Assembly (NCBI GenBank): GCA_030834045.1
Contig: JAURFZ010000001.1
Location: 1 to 33,889, forward strand
DNA from: Burkholderiales bacterium
Lineage (GTDB): Bacteria > Pseudomonadota > Gammaproteobacteria > Burkholderiales > Burkholderiaceae_A
Length of the DNA stretch: 33,889 nucleotides
Direction: 5' to 3'
The notes under the pieces are model-generated. The model ran no database searches and was not told the DNA's origin. It was given only the letters and a program-made list of their open reading frames with translations. A program made the translations under genes and the position numbers. Below are positions 15,806 through 33,889 of this stretch, in pieces. The number at the start of each line of letters is the position of its first letter. Positions within the stretch are counted from its first letter, which is position 1.

Positions 15806-15843
15806 AAGAAAACGAAAAAGTTATATGGGAGTGACGCTGCGCA

Positions 15844-25277
<9,434 letters not shown>

Positions 25278-25281
<4 letters not shown>

Positions 25282-26729
25282 AGAGCGGGCTTGGGCCTTT
25301 CGGTCTTCTCACGCTATTAAATCCGCGGCGCTGGTCGCAGATCGACCCACGGCTTTTGCCCTTTGCAGATCTCGCAACAGCAGACCTTCCGCTCTCACGA
25401 CTCTTTCGGCTTTCGCTCTTTCAGGTCTCGGTGGGCATGGCCACAGCCCTGCTGGTGGGAACCCTTAATCGCGTGCTCATTGTTGAGCTTGGCGTAGCGG
25501 CCTGGCTTGTGGCCATGATGGTCGCATTGCCTCTGCTCATTGCCCCGTTTCGCGCCCTTGTTGGTTTTCGCTCCGACACGCATAAGTCGGTGCTGGGCTG
25601 GCGTCGAGTGCCGTATATATGGATGGGCACCATGCTGCAGTTCGGCGGCCTGGCCATCATGCCGTTTTCGCTCATCCTGCTCTCGGGTGACACCCACTGG
25701 CATCCGGCCATTGGGCCTCTTAGCGCAGGCCTTGCCTTCCTAATGGTTGGGGCAGGTATTCAAACCGTGCAGACCACAGGCCTCGCGCTTGCAACCGATC
25801 TCGCCTCGCACGAGAACCGCCCTCGCGTGGTGGCCTTGATGTACACCATGCTCTTGGTGGGCATGTTGGTCTCGGGTCTGGTCTTTAGTTTTTTGCTTGC
25901 CGACTTCTCCAAGTTCCGGCTTATTCAGGTGGTCCAGGGCTGCGCCTTTGTGGCCTTCTTTTTTAATGTTGTTGCCCTCTGGAAGCAAGAGGTACGAAAC
26001 CCGGCGCTTACCGCGCCCAAACTGCAACGGCCAAGCTTTCGAGCCACCTGGGACGTGTTCTTGCAGCAACCAGGCAACAAACGTTTTCTTGTTGCGCTTT
26101 TCATGGGCACTGCCGCCTTTAGCATGCAGGACATTATTCTTGAGCCCTACGGTGGCGAGATTCTTGGGCTTTCGGTCTCTGCCACAAGCCTCTTGACGGC
26201 CATCATGGCAGTTGGCGCACTTCTGGCCTTTGGCCTTTCGGCTCGATGGCTGCAAAGGGGTATCAACCCGCACCGGCTTGCCGCGGCAGGCGCCTTGGTG
26301 GGCGCGCTGGCCTTTTCGCTGGTTATTTTTGCCGAGCCCCTGGGCTCTGCCAACGTCTTTCGTGCGGGCACCTTCTTAATTGGATTTGGTGGTGGGCTCT
26401 TTTCGGTGGCCACGCTTACTGCCGCGATGGGCCTTGATAGCCAGGGCTTCACAGGCCTTGCGCTTGGGGCCTGGGGTGCCGTGCAGGCCACCGCAGCAGG
26501 CCTGGCTGTTTTTGCAGGTGGCGCCCTTCGCGATGTCTTTAGTGCTTTGGCCGTGCACGGTCAGCTCGGCGAGGTTCTGAACTTTGCGGGTGTGGGCTAC
26601 AGCCTGGTTTATCACCTTGAGCTCATTCTTTTGTTTGCAACCCTGGTGGCCGTCGGTCCGCTTGTTCGACTCTCAAGGATTAAGGCCCCTTCATCGCAGA
26701 AATTTGGTCTGGCCGAATTCCCCGGCTAG
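25278..26729 (+). CDS. lhaA: LH1 assembly protein LhaA (BCD-family MFS)
   Basis: LPFAD.AT.DLPLSRL.RLSLFQVSVGM, SDTHKSVLGWRRVPY, QDIILEPYGG, C-terminal FGLAEFPG. GTG start at 25278 (GTGA overlap). Confidence 0.93.
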
Positions 26730-26752
26730 GCCTTTTTTAAAGGAGAACGAAA

Positions 26753-27547
26753 ATGGGAACAGGAGCAATTACCGGCTACGTTGACGTAGCTCAGCTGGTC
26801 TTGTATTTATTCTGGATTTTCTTCGCAGGGTTGGTGATCTACCTCACGCTCGAGGGTAAGCGAGAGGGCTTTCCAGTTGAAACCGACCGGCGGGATGGCT
26901 CGGTTAGACGTGAGACGGGCTTACTGCCTATGCCCGATGTTAAGGTCTACAAGACCAAGTTTCACGGAGACTTCGCTGCGCCTCACGAGCGTGATTTTGA
27001 AGATCCAAGGCCTCCGGGTGCGGCCATTGGTCCGTTCCCAGGCATGCCCTTGGAGCCAACCGGCGACCCAATGAAAGCAGGTGGCATTGGCATTGGGCCA
27101 GGGGCTTACACTCGCCGAGCGGACGTCACCGACAAAACCTGGGAGGGCGAAGACAAGATCGTTCCTCTGCGTGTTGCCCATGGCTTTGAGATGGCCAAGC
27201 AAGACCTCGACCCCAGGGGCCTTACCGTCTTTGGTGCCGACAATCAGGCCTGTGGCACAGTAACTGAAGTCTGGGTGGACCGATCAGAGCACCTAATTCG
27301 CTACCTGGAAATTAAGACCCATGGCGGCCGTCAGGTGCTTCTACCCATGAACTTCTCGCGTGTGCGACGCGACCGTATTCGCGGTAATCGTGTGACGGTG
27401 GAGTCCATTCTGGGTGGACAGTTCGAGGGTGTTCCAGCCATTGCCAGTTCCGAAAAGATCACCTTGCTTGAGGAAGAAAAGGTGATGGCCTATTACGGCG
27501 CGGGCACCTTGTTTGCGGAAGCCCAACGGAGGGAGCCCCTGTTTTGA
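26753..27547 (+). CDS. puhA: Reaction centre H subunit
   Basis: MGTGAITGYVDVAQLVLYLFWIFFAGL, PLEPTGDPM, DPRG, WVDRSE, ITLLEEEKV.AYYGAG. SD AAGGAG. Confidence 0.96.
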   Translation: MGTGAITGYVDVAQLVLYLFWIFFAGLVIYLTLEGKREGFPVETDRRDGSVRRETGLLPMPDVKVYKTKFHGDFAAPHERDFEDPRPPGAAIGPFPGMPLEPTGDPMKAGGIGIGPGAYTRRADVTDKTWEGEDKIVPLRVAHGFEMAKQDLDPRGLTVFGADNQACGTVTEVWVDRSEHLIRYLEIKTHGGRQVLLPMNFSRVRRDRIRGNRVTVESILGGQFEGVPAIASSEKITLLEEEKVMAYYGAGTLFAEAQRREPLF

Positions 27548-28281
27548 AGGCGCATCACAACGGCCACGAGCACGAGTTTGAGCCTGAATACGGGCTGCCA
27601 GAAAAGTTGCCACAGGATGAGCGCATTCTGTGGCAAGGCAGCCCCGAGACAGGGCTTGTCTTTCGACATGTCTTTCATGCCCGTGGGCTTGCCATTTATT
27701 TTCTGCTCATCCTTATAGCGCGTGCTGGGCAGCAGTATTCCGAATCGGGTAGCGCTGCTCAGGCAGTGGCCGCAGCCTTATGGCTTGTGCCAGTTTTTGC
27801 GCTGGGACTGCTGCTTTTTTGGGCAATGGCCTACCTTGTGGCTAAGACCACGGTCTACACGCTTACCAGTCGTCGAGTGGCCATGCGTATTGGCGTTGTT
27901 CTTAATCTCACGCTTAACCTGCCCTTGTCACGCATGCAGGCAGCACAGGTTCGACCGTTGTCACAGAGGCCTGCTGATGAGGAGGGGCCCGGTGAAATTG
28001 CTCTGATCTTGCACTCGGACGACAAGGTGGCTTACCCCCACCTCTGGCCGCATGCACGTCCCTGGCATTTCGCCCAGCCCCAGCCCATGCTTCGCGCCTT
28101 GCCTGCCGTAAAGGGCCTTGGCCAGCTCTTAACCCAGGCCTGGCAGGCCAACCAGTCGCCCAGTCTTACTGCAGAGCAGGCAAGTCGTCCAGCCATTGAA
28201 ACGGCCCCTGCCCGTGGCCATCAGCCCCTAACGGGTGCAAGCGCAGAACGGGCCGGTGTCAACACTATGGAGCCCGCCTAA
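27544..28281 (+). CDS. puhB: Photosynthetic complex assembly protein PuhB
   Basis: EHEFEP..GLPE.LP..ERILWQGSP, TTVYTLT.RRV.MRIG, LWPHARPW...PQPMLR. Confidence 0.92.
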   Translation: MKAHHNGHEHEFEPEYGLPEKLPQDERILWQGSPETGLVFRHVFHARGLAIYFLLILIARAGQQYSESGSAAQAVAAALWLVPVFALGLLLFWAMAYLVAKTTVYTLTSRRVAMRIGVVLNLTLNLPLSRMQAAQVRPLSQRPADEEGPGEIALILHSDDKVAYPHLWPHARPWHFAQPQPMLRALPAVKGLGQLLTQAWQANQSPSLTAEQASRPAIETAPARGHQPLTGASAERAGVNTMEPA

Positions 28282-28796
28282 TGGCCCATGAGATTTCAGA
28301 TCGGCTTGTCTCGAGGCCCAAGGTCGAGGGGCTTCCCCTTATTGGGCTTGCCATTCTTATTCTCGGAAGCCTTCTGCTTGCGGGCTACGCGCAGTGGCAA
28401 AAAGCGCAACAACCCGAAACGCAGGTAGTGGGGCAGCTCGAGCGGCGTGCCCTGCTGTTTTCCGATGGCTCCGATGGCAGCGTCTGGGTCACCGATGCTC
28501 AATCGGGCCAGAGGCTGGCCTCCATTGAGGGGGAGGCAGGCTTTGCCCGCGGTGTCTTACGAAGCCTTGCCCAGGCGCGCATGCGTGCGGGTGGCTCGCC
28601 AGCCGAGCCGTTCTGGCTGTCAGTCAACACTCAGGGTGGACTGACGCTTGCCGACCCTGTCTCAGGCCGCCAAATTGAACTTACAAGTTTTGGGCCCTCA
28701 AACCTAGCAGTCTTTGCAAGCTACCTTGAGCGACGCGAGCCCGTTGCCAAGTCCAGTGCCCATGAGGCAATCGGCCAAGAGCCAACACCAAGGTAA
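28281..28796 (+). CDS. puhC: Photosynthetic complex assembly protein PuhC
   Basis: One N-terminal TM helix; L.F.D..DGSV.V.D, GF.RGVLRSL...R, L.DP.SG..IEL.SFG.SN...F. TAATG overlap. Confidence 0.88.
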   Translation: MAHEISDRLVSRPKVEGLPLIGLAILILGSLLLAGYAQWQKAQQPETQVVGQLERRALLFSDGSDGSVWVTDAQSGQRLASIEGEAGFARGVLRSLAQARMRAGGSPAEPFWLSVNTQGGLTLADPVSGRQIELTSFGPSNLAVFASYLERREPVAKSSAHEAIGQEPTPR

Positions 28797-28812
28797 GAAG
28801 GAGAACCTCACC

Positions 28813-29961
28813 ATGAACCCGCCCGATGAACAGACACGCGAGGCTGCACGCGCTGCGCTTGCTGACAGCCAGCCCGCAGGCTATGCCGAGCTGCATGAGG
28901 CCTTTAAAGGCCAGGCCCCTAACTCGGCCACCGAGATAGCCCTCGAGGACGGCCTGCTTACACCGCGGTTCTACACCACCGACTTTGATGCCCTTGATAA
29001 GGTTGATGTCGGACCAATCCGCAAAGAGTGGGATGCACTCATGGCGGAGTTTGAGGCCGACATCAATACCGATCACTTTCAACGGCCTGAGGAGATGAAG
29101 GGCAAGGACTATTCCTCGAGTCTGCCCGAAGGGCTATATAAAGAGTTCAGTGAATTTCTTATTAGCTCATGCACCTCCGAGTTTTCCGGCTGTGTGCTTT
29201 ATGCAGAAATTAAAAAGCGGGTAAAGAACCCCGATATGCGCGCCTTGTTTGGTTACATGGCGCGCGACGAATCGCGCCATGCGGGCTTCATTAACCAGTG
29301 GCTGAAAGACTTTGGCATTGGCGTTGACCTTGGCTTTCTTACCAAGGCAAAGAAGGTCACCTACTTCAAGCCCAAGTACATTTACTACGCCACGTACTTG
29401 TCAGAAAAAATTGGCTACGCCCGCTACATTGCAATTTACAGGCAGGTTGAGAAACATCCCGAACTGCGCTTTCATCCCATTTTTCTCTGGTTCGAAAAAT
29501 GGTGCAACGACGAGTTTCGTCATGGCGAGGCCTTTGCCCTCATCATGCGCGCGAACCCAGGCTTATTAACGGGCGTGAATGTCTACTGGATTCGCTTCTT
29601 CCAGCTCGCCGTCTTTGCCACTATGTTCGTGCGTGATCATGCCCGGCCCGAGATGCACAAGGCACTGGGGCTCAATCCCACAGACTACGACATGCGTGTC
29701 TTTGAGATTACCTCTGAAATCTGCAAGCAGGTCTTCCCGGTCACCCTGCAGTACGACCATCCTGTTTTTCTTCGTTCCATGAAGAGGCTTTGCGAGATTC
29801 AAGACGCCGTGAACCAGGCCAAGGCCCAGGGTGGGCCTCTTAGTTGGGCGCGTCGCGGTCTGCTTGGGGCCGAGGCCGCGGTCAGGCTTACGCGCCTTTA
29901 CTTCTTGCCTGTGAATCGCCGAGCCTTGCCCGATGACATGCGTCTTGCACCGAGCTGGTAG
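28813..29961 (+). CDS. acsF: O2-dependent Mg-protoporphyrin monomethyl ester cyclase
   Basis: [45 protein letters not shown] (di-iron DExxH motifs). Start reassigned to ATG 28813 (SD AAGGAG). Confidence 0.97.
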   Translation: MNPPDEQTREAARAALADSQPAGYAELHEAFKGQAPNSATEIALEDGLLTPRFYTTDFDALDKVDVGPIRKEWDALMAEFEADINTDHFQRPEEMKGKDYSSSLPEGLYKEFSEFLISSCTSEFSGCVLYAEIKKRVKNPDMRALFGYMARDESRHAGFINQWLKDFGIGVDLGFLTKAKKVTYFKPKYIYYATYLSEKIGYARYIAIYRQVEKHPELRFHPIFLWFEKWCNDEFRHGEAFALIMRANPGLLTGVNVYWIRFFQLAVFATMFVRDHARPEMHKALGLNPTDYDMRVFEITSEICKQVFPVTLQYDHPVFLRSMKRLCEIQDAVNQAKAQGGPLSWARRGLLGAEAAVRLTRLYFLPVNRRALPDDMRLAPSW

Positions 29962-30732
29962 ATGAACGCTGAGCCATCAAGCCTGCATCTATGGATGCCT
30001 TTGGTCTTCTCCATCGCGGTCTGGTGGCTCTCAACAGGACTTATCCTTCGCCTGGTCGATGGCAATGGCCCAGGCCGGCAGACGCGTGCGCTTTTGGCTG
30101 CAAGCCTTGCCCTTGCATTGGGTCTTGCCGGGGTCGTGCTGACCCGCGACATGACAACCCCTCTGGGCGCCTACCTGGCATTTACGTCGGCCTTGTTGGT
30201 CTGGTCATGGCAGGAGATCACCTTCTTGGCAGGCATTGTCACCGGCCCCAATCGCCAGCCCTGTCCACAGGTCAAGGGCTGGGTGCGTGCCTGGCACGCC
30301 TTTCGAACCATTGCCCATCATGAAGCCGCTCTGGTGCTCCTTGGGGCAGCCGTGATTGTGCCAACCTGGGATGCCGCAAACCCTGTTGCCTATCAGATCT
30401 TTTTGGTGCTCTGGGCCATGCGCTTATCGGCAAAGCTCAACCTTTTTCTGGGGGTGAAGAATTTCTACGAGAGTTTTCTTCCCCCATCCCTGCACTACCT
30501 TCTTACCTATTTCTCGCGACGGTCGTTCAACCCGTTCTTTCCTGTAAGCCTCTGCCTTTCAACCCTGGTGGCCGTCTTTCTGTGGGAGCAGGTCTTACTT
30601 GGGGAGTCTGCCCACGAGGTTGCCGCGTCAAGCCTGGTAGCAAGCTTGTTGGCGCTTGCCATTCTGGAGCACCTTCTTCTTGTTTTGCCCATCCACCCTG
30701 AGAGGCTTTGGCGGTGGGCTTGGGCCCGTTAA
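29962..30732 (+). CDS. puhE: Photosynthetic complex assembly protein PuhE
   Basis: WWLSTGLIL, W.W.E..FL.G.VTGP...CP, R.SAKLNLFLGV, LA.LEH..LVLP.....LWRW; follows acsF. Confidence 0.9.
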   Translation: MNAEPSSLHLWMPLVFSIAVWWLSTGLILRLVDGNGPGRQTRALLAASLALALGLAGVVLTRDMTTPLGAYLAFTSALLVWSWQEITFLAGIVTGPNRQPCPQVKGWVRAWHAFRTIAHHEAALVLLGAAVIVPTWDAANPVAYQIFLVLWAMRLSAKLNLFLGVKNFYESFLPPSLHYLLTYFSRRSFNPFFPVSLCLSTLVAVFLWEQVLLGESAHEVAASSLVASLLALAILEHLLLVLPIHPERLWRWAWAR

Positions 30733-30760
30733 GCTGCTTTAAGTCTTCTTGCGAAAGGCG

Positions 30761-30798
30761 AAAAAGGGTGATCTTTGGATCAGGTTTTTTTCTTTTTT
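30761..30798 (+). terminator. Possible terminator after the bch/puh superoperon
   Basis: Weak TGATC/GATCA stem flanked by an A-run and long T-runs, nested inside a larger inverted repeat. Confidence 0.3.
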
Positions 30799-30897
30799 AA
30801 GCACCTTTCGCGCGGGTTTATAGCCTAAGAGATTGTTTTATCAGTATTCTAGGCTATAGTACATGCTGCTTGTACTTAAACTATGGGAGATTTTTGA

Positions 30898-31422
30898 ATG
30901 AAATTATTTGTCGCTGCCATCTCTCTGGCCGTTCTTGCCGGTTGTGCCACAAAGCCTGAACAAAAGGCGAGTTCGTCTGGCGCAGCATCTGCTGCTGCAC
31001 CATCCACGGCTCCGTCTGCCAGTAGCGCTTCTGTTGCGACCCCCAAATCCGCCGATGCGAATGCACGTGATCTTGCCCGTAAGCGCATCAGCAGCGTTGA
31101 ACCCGCGGTTTACTTCGACTTCAACAGGTTCGATATCAAGCCACAGTTTCACAATACTGTGTCTGCCTATGGCAACTACCTTGCGGTCATGAAAGAGTCC
31201 AAAATTCTGGTTGAGGGCAACGCCGATGAGCGTGGAACGGTTGAGTACAACCTAGCGCTAGGACAAAAGCGGGCCGAGGCCGTAAGTATTGCGCTTCAGG
31301 CCATTGGTGCTAACGCTAACAATATTGAGGCCATTAGTAATGGCGAAGAAAAGCCACGCAACAAGGCAAAGTCAGAAGCGGCCTTCGCCGAGAACCGTCG
31401 CGCCGATTTAATCGTGCGCTAG
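30898..31422 (+). CDS. Pal-like OmpA-domain lipoprotein
   Basis: Lipobox LAGC, Ala/Ser linker, VYFDF, EGNADERGTVEYNLALGQKRA, ENRRAD. Confidence 0.9.
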   Translation: MKLFVAAISLAVLAGCATKPEQKASSSGAASAAAPSTAPSASSASVATPKSADANARDLARKRISSVEPAVYFDFNRFDIKPQFHNTVSAYGNYLAVMKESKILVEGNADERGTVEYNLALGQKRAEAVSIALQAIGANANNIEAISNGEEKPRNKAKSEAAFAENRRADLIVR

Positions 31423-31442
31423 TTTTGGTTGTAAAAACACAA

Positions 31443-31472
31443 GGCCCACCTTGGTTATGGTGGGCTTTTTTT
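31443..31472 (+). terminator. Rho-independent terminator
   Basis: GCCCACC-ttggttat-GGTGGGC followed by T7, 20 nt after the stop. Confidence 0.88.
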
Positions 31473-31564
31473 CGACCGGTGTCGGGTCAACAGGCACAAC
31501 CAAGAGTCCTGGCTAACTAAAGCCGTGTTTTGTTTCTTGCATTTTTCAAGGTAGAGCGTCAGTC

Positions 31565-32800
31565 GTGAATCATTCGCAACTCGTTCTCGATCAGGTAAGG
31601 GCCATGGGCCTAATACTGCGTGACGCGCGGCTTGCTCGCGACATTAACCCACGTGACCTTGAGACCGACCTGCGAACGACCCATCGACACCTTCTGGCCA
31701 TTGAAGAGGGTCAGATGCGGCTGTTCTATTCCGACTCATTCTTCTGTGACCTGTTCACGCGTTACGCGGTGCAGCTTGGTTTTTCCTCTGAGCAGGCCCA
31801 AGACATGCGGCTTGCTCTTCATGGCGAGGGCCCTCTTTTAGAGCCCGCCCCCATGCAAGCAGAGCCCGAGCCCGTGCTCGAACCTGCCGCCGAGCCAACC
31901 CCCGAGCCTGCCACCGAACCCGAACCCGGCCCCGAAGAGGCCTTTAAGCTCGAGGCTCAATCCCAGTCTGGCCACGAGCCTGAGCCGTCATCGCCATCAC
32001 CACCGCCTTCCAACCAAGAGCCTGAAGCGCAATCGCCATCGCAGTCGGGCCAAGAGCCCGCGCCCGAGCTTTCCTCGTCTGCCGATGGCTCGATGACGGT
32101 ATCGACGCCCGAGCTCGATCGACCGGAGCCCACCTCAGACCCTAAGCCACTGCCGGCCCGCTCTCCAGACACCTCGCAGTCCTTGGGCTCGCTCTGGTTC
32201 TGGGGGGCGATTGCCATTGGTCTGGTGCTGGCGGTTGTTATTCTCACTCTTGAGTCCGGTCCCGGGTCGGCTACGCCTCCGACGGCTGGAACATCGAGAG
32301 AACTGGCCAAGCCACAGGACAAGTCAAAGCCAACCGCGCCGCCAGAGCCACCCCCCGCGTCAGTGGGACCAGCGAGCTCAGCGGGTTCATCCGGTGCAAT
32401 GAGCGCTGTCTCGTCACCCGCAGCCCCTGAAGCGCAGCAAGAGCCCGTCGCAGCGCTACCCACAGAACCGCCAAAGGAACAACGCATCTCGGAGTCCATC
32501 CTTATAAGCGCACCCGATGCCCCTACCAGCTTCACCAATGCCTCTGCCCTGGCCATTCGATTCAATGTGAAGGGCTGGATTTGGGTGCGTGATTTTGATG
32601 AAACGGTTAAAGAATTTGTTGTTCAGTCTGGACAAACTGTTCGTTTCAACGACCTACCTATCTTTATCGTTGTTCCCTTCCCCGATCAGCTAATGGTGAC
32701 GGTTAACAACAAGCCCGTTACCTTGCGCCGAAACGACGACGAGAAGAATCATGCGCGCTACTCGCGCTCGATGCTAAGAGGGCTGGTTAACAACCCTTGA
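31565..32800 (+). CDS. RodZ-like protein (HTH, Pro/Glu linker, TM helix, DUF4115-like domain)
   Basis: N-terminal G..LRDAR....LLAIEEG.......RYA..LG HTH; single TM helix (LWFWGAIAIGLVLAVVILTL); C-terminal beta domain WIWVRD...V.VNNKPV.L. Confidence 0.72.
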   Translation: MNHSQLVLDQVRAMGLILRDARLARDINPRDLETDLRTTHRHLLAIEEGQMRLFYSDSFFCDLFTRYAVQLGFSSEQAQDMRLALHGEGPLLEPAPMQAEPEPVLEPAAEPTPEPATEPEPGPEEAFKLEAQSQSGHEPEPSSPSPPPSNQEPEAQSPSQSGQEPAPELSSSADGSMTVSTPELDRPEPTSDPKPLPARSPDTSQSLGSLWFWGAIAIGLVLAVVILTLESGPGSATPPTAGTSRELAKPQDKSKPTAPPEPPPASVGPASSAGSSGAMSAVSSPAAPEAQQEPVAALPTEPPKEQRISESILISAPDAPTSFTNASALAIRFNVKGWIWVRDFDETVKEFVVQSGQTVRFNDLPIFIVVPFPDQLMVTVNNKPVTLRRNDDEKNHARYSRSMLRGLVNNP

Positions 32801-33693
32801 TCACCGGCCTTGCCTTTGTTGCGTTGGCGGCGATCTGGGGCTCCTCGTTTTTATTCATCCGTATCGCAGCACCCGAGTTCGGTGCCATTCTCTCTGCGGA
32901 GCTTCGGGTGGCCATCGCATGGGCCTGCCTCTGGATTGTCTCCATTTTTACGCTTGGCCCCAGCCAGTGTTTTCAACGCCCACGATTTGAGCCACGCCTT
33001 TTGGTGCTTGGCCTCATTAACAGTGCAATTCCTTTCGCCCTTTACGGGGCCGCCTCGTTTTATTTGTCTGCGGGCTACCTCGCTATTCTGAATGCCCTGG
33101 TTCCCCTCTGGGGGGGTCTCATTGCAAGCGTCTGGCTTGGGCAGCCCTTTCGTTGGTCGTTGGTGATGGCTGTTCTCATTGCAGCCACAGGCATCACCAT
33201 GCTGGTCAACCTAGGCCCCGTCGAGGCCAATATGCAGACGGTACTTGGGGGGTTGGCCTGCGCTGGTGCAACCTTCTGCTACGCCCTGGCCGCACAATGC
33301 ACTCGTCGGTGGTTTGCCGAGGTCTCGCCCTTGCGTGTCGCGCGATCCACACTTGGCTACGCCACGCTTGCCCTGCTGCCGTTTTCGATTCCTGATATTG
33401 CAGTGGCGACACCCTCTGCGGCGGGCTGGTTCTCTATTTTTATGCTCGGTATGTTGGGCTCGGGACTTGCCTACCTTTTGTATTTCTGGCTTTTGCGTGA
33501 GCTTGGTGCTGTACGGGCCAGCAGTGTCACCTTTCTTATTCCCGGCTTTGGACTCATCTGGGGAGCCATCTTTCTCGATGAAGTCATTACCCTGACGGTT
33601 CTTGCCGGGCTGGGCCTGGTTGTCTTATCAAGCCTTCTGGTTCAGCGCTCGGCCGCTCCGGTATTACCAAAGGCGAATGCCTCGAGCCCTTGA
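32797..33693 (+). CDS. EamA/DMT-family transporter
   Basis: LAAIWGSSFLFIRIA, NSAIPF.LY, AILNALVPLWG, VTFLIPGFG.IWG.IFLDE; about 10 TM helices. Confidence 0.92.
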   Translation: MITGLAFVALAAIWGSSFLFIRIAAPEFGAILSAELRVAIAWACLWIVSIFTLGPSQCFQRPRFEPRLLVLGLINSAIPFALYGAASFYLSAGYLAILNALVPLWGGLIASVWLGQPFRWSLVMAVLIAATGITMLVNLGPVEANMQTVLGGLACAGATFCYALAAQCTRRWFAEVSPLRVARSTLGYATLALLPFSIPDIAVATPSAAGWFSIFMLGMLGSGLAYLLYFWLLRELGAVRASSVTFLIPGFGLIWGAIFLDEVITLTVLAGLGLVVLSSLLVQRSAAPVLPKANASSP

Positions 33694-33889
33694 AGAGCCT
33701 CATGAATAGACGGTGTGACAAGCAGGCGATTTTTCTGAGAAGGGGTTAAGAAGCCCTCATGGGTAGCTTTGTTAACGAAGTTCAGCAAGGGGTCGTAGTA
33801 GCCCTTTAGGTTGGCAAGCACCACAGGCTTTTCGTGCGCATGGGTTTGAAGCCCCGTCCAGACTTCAAATAACTCCTCCAGTGTGCCGA
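33642..33889 (-). CDS. LOG family (TIGR00730-like) protein, 5' end truncated
   Basis: Reading in from the window edge: GTLEELFEVWTGLQTHAHEKPVVLANLKGYYDPLL...GFL, the second half of the PGGxGTxEE motif and the LOG C-terminus. Confidence 0.88.
   Translation of the reverse strand, partial: GTLEELFEVWTGLQTHAHEKPVVLANLKGYYDPLLNFVNKATHEGFLTPSQKNRLLVTPSIHEALQGLEAFAFGNTGAAER

Noticed and set aside
31840-32180. CRISPR or VNTR array
   Set aside because: Imperfect codon-level GAGCCC repeats encoding a Pro/Glu linker; no constant repeat-spacer structure.

Overview
About 29 kb (1291-30732) of this window is an anoxygenic photosynthesis gene cluster (PGC) segment. Gene order and sequences resemble Rubrivivax/Burkholderiales, so I infer a betaproteobacterial, probably aerobic, phototroph. 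The minus strand carries ppaA(aerR)-ppsR-crtA-crtD-crtC, then bchG-pucC-bchP-tspO, then a stand-alone tetraheme pufC. The plus strand carries a fused crtI-crtB with a small Cys-repeat gene, and the superoperon bchFNBHLM-lhaA-puhABC-acsF-puhE. Both flanks are non-photosynthetic: a truncated Tat-type metallophosphoesterase on the left; Pal-like, RodZ-like, EamA and truncated LOG genes on the right. pufBALM, bchCXYZ, bchID and crtEF are not in the window. Most notable: (1) pufC is detached from pufLM, has its own promoter covered by two perfect PpsR palindromes, and lacks a lipobox Cys; (2) an 865-aa CrtI-CrtB fusion with a possible internal restart; (3) an uncharacterised six-Cys exported repeat protein coupled to the fusion; (4) a 72-bp divergent promoter that predicts leaderless bchG; (5) a structured 350-bp spacer with a motif that recurs at other photosynthesis promoters. 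No rRNA, tRNA, CRISPR or transposase was seen. All calls come from motif recognition; no searches were run.
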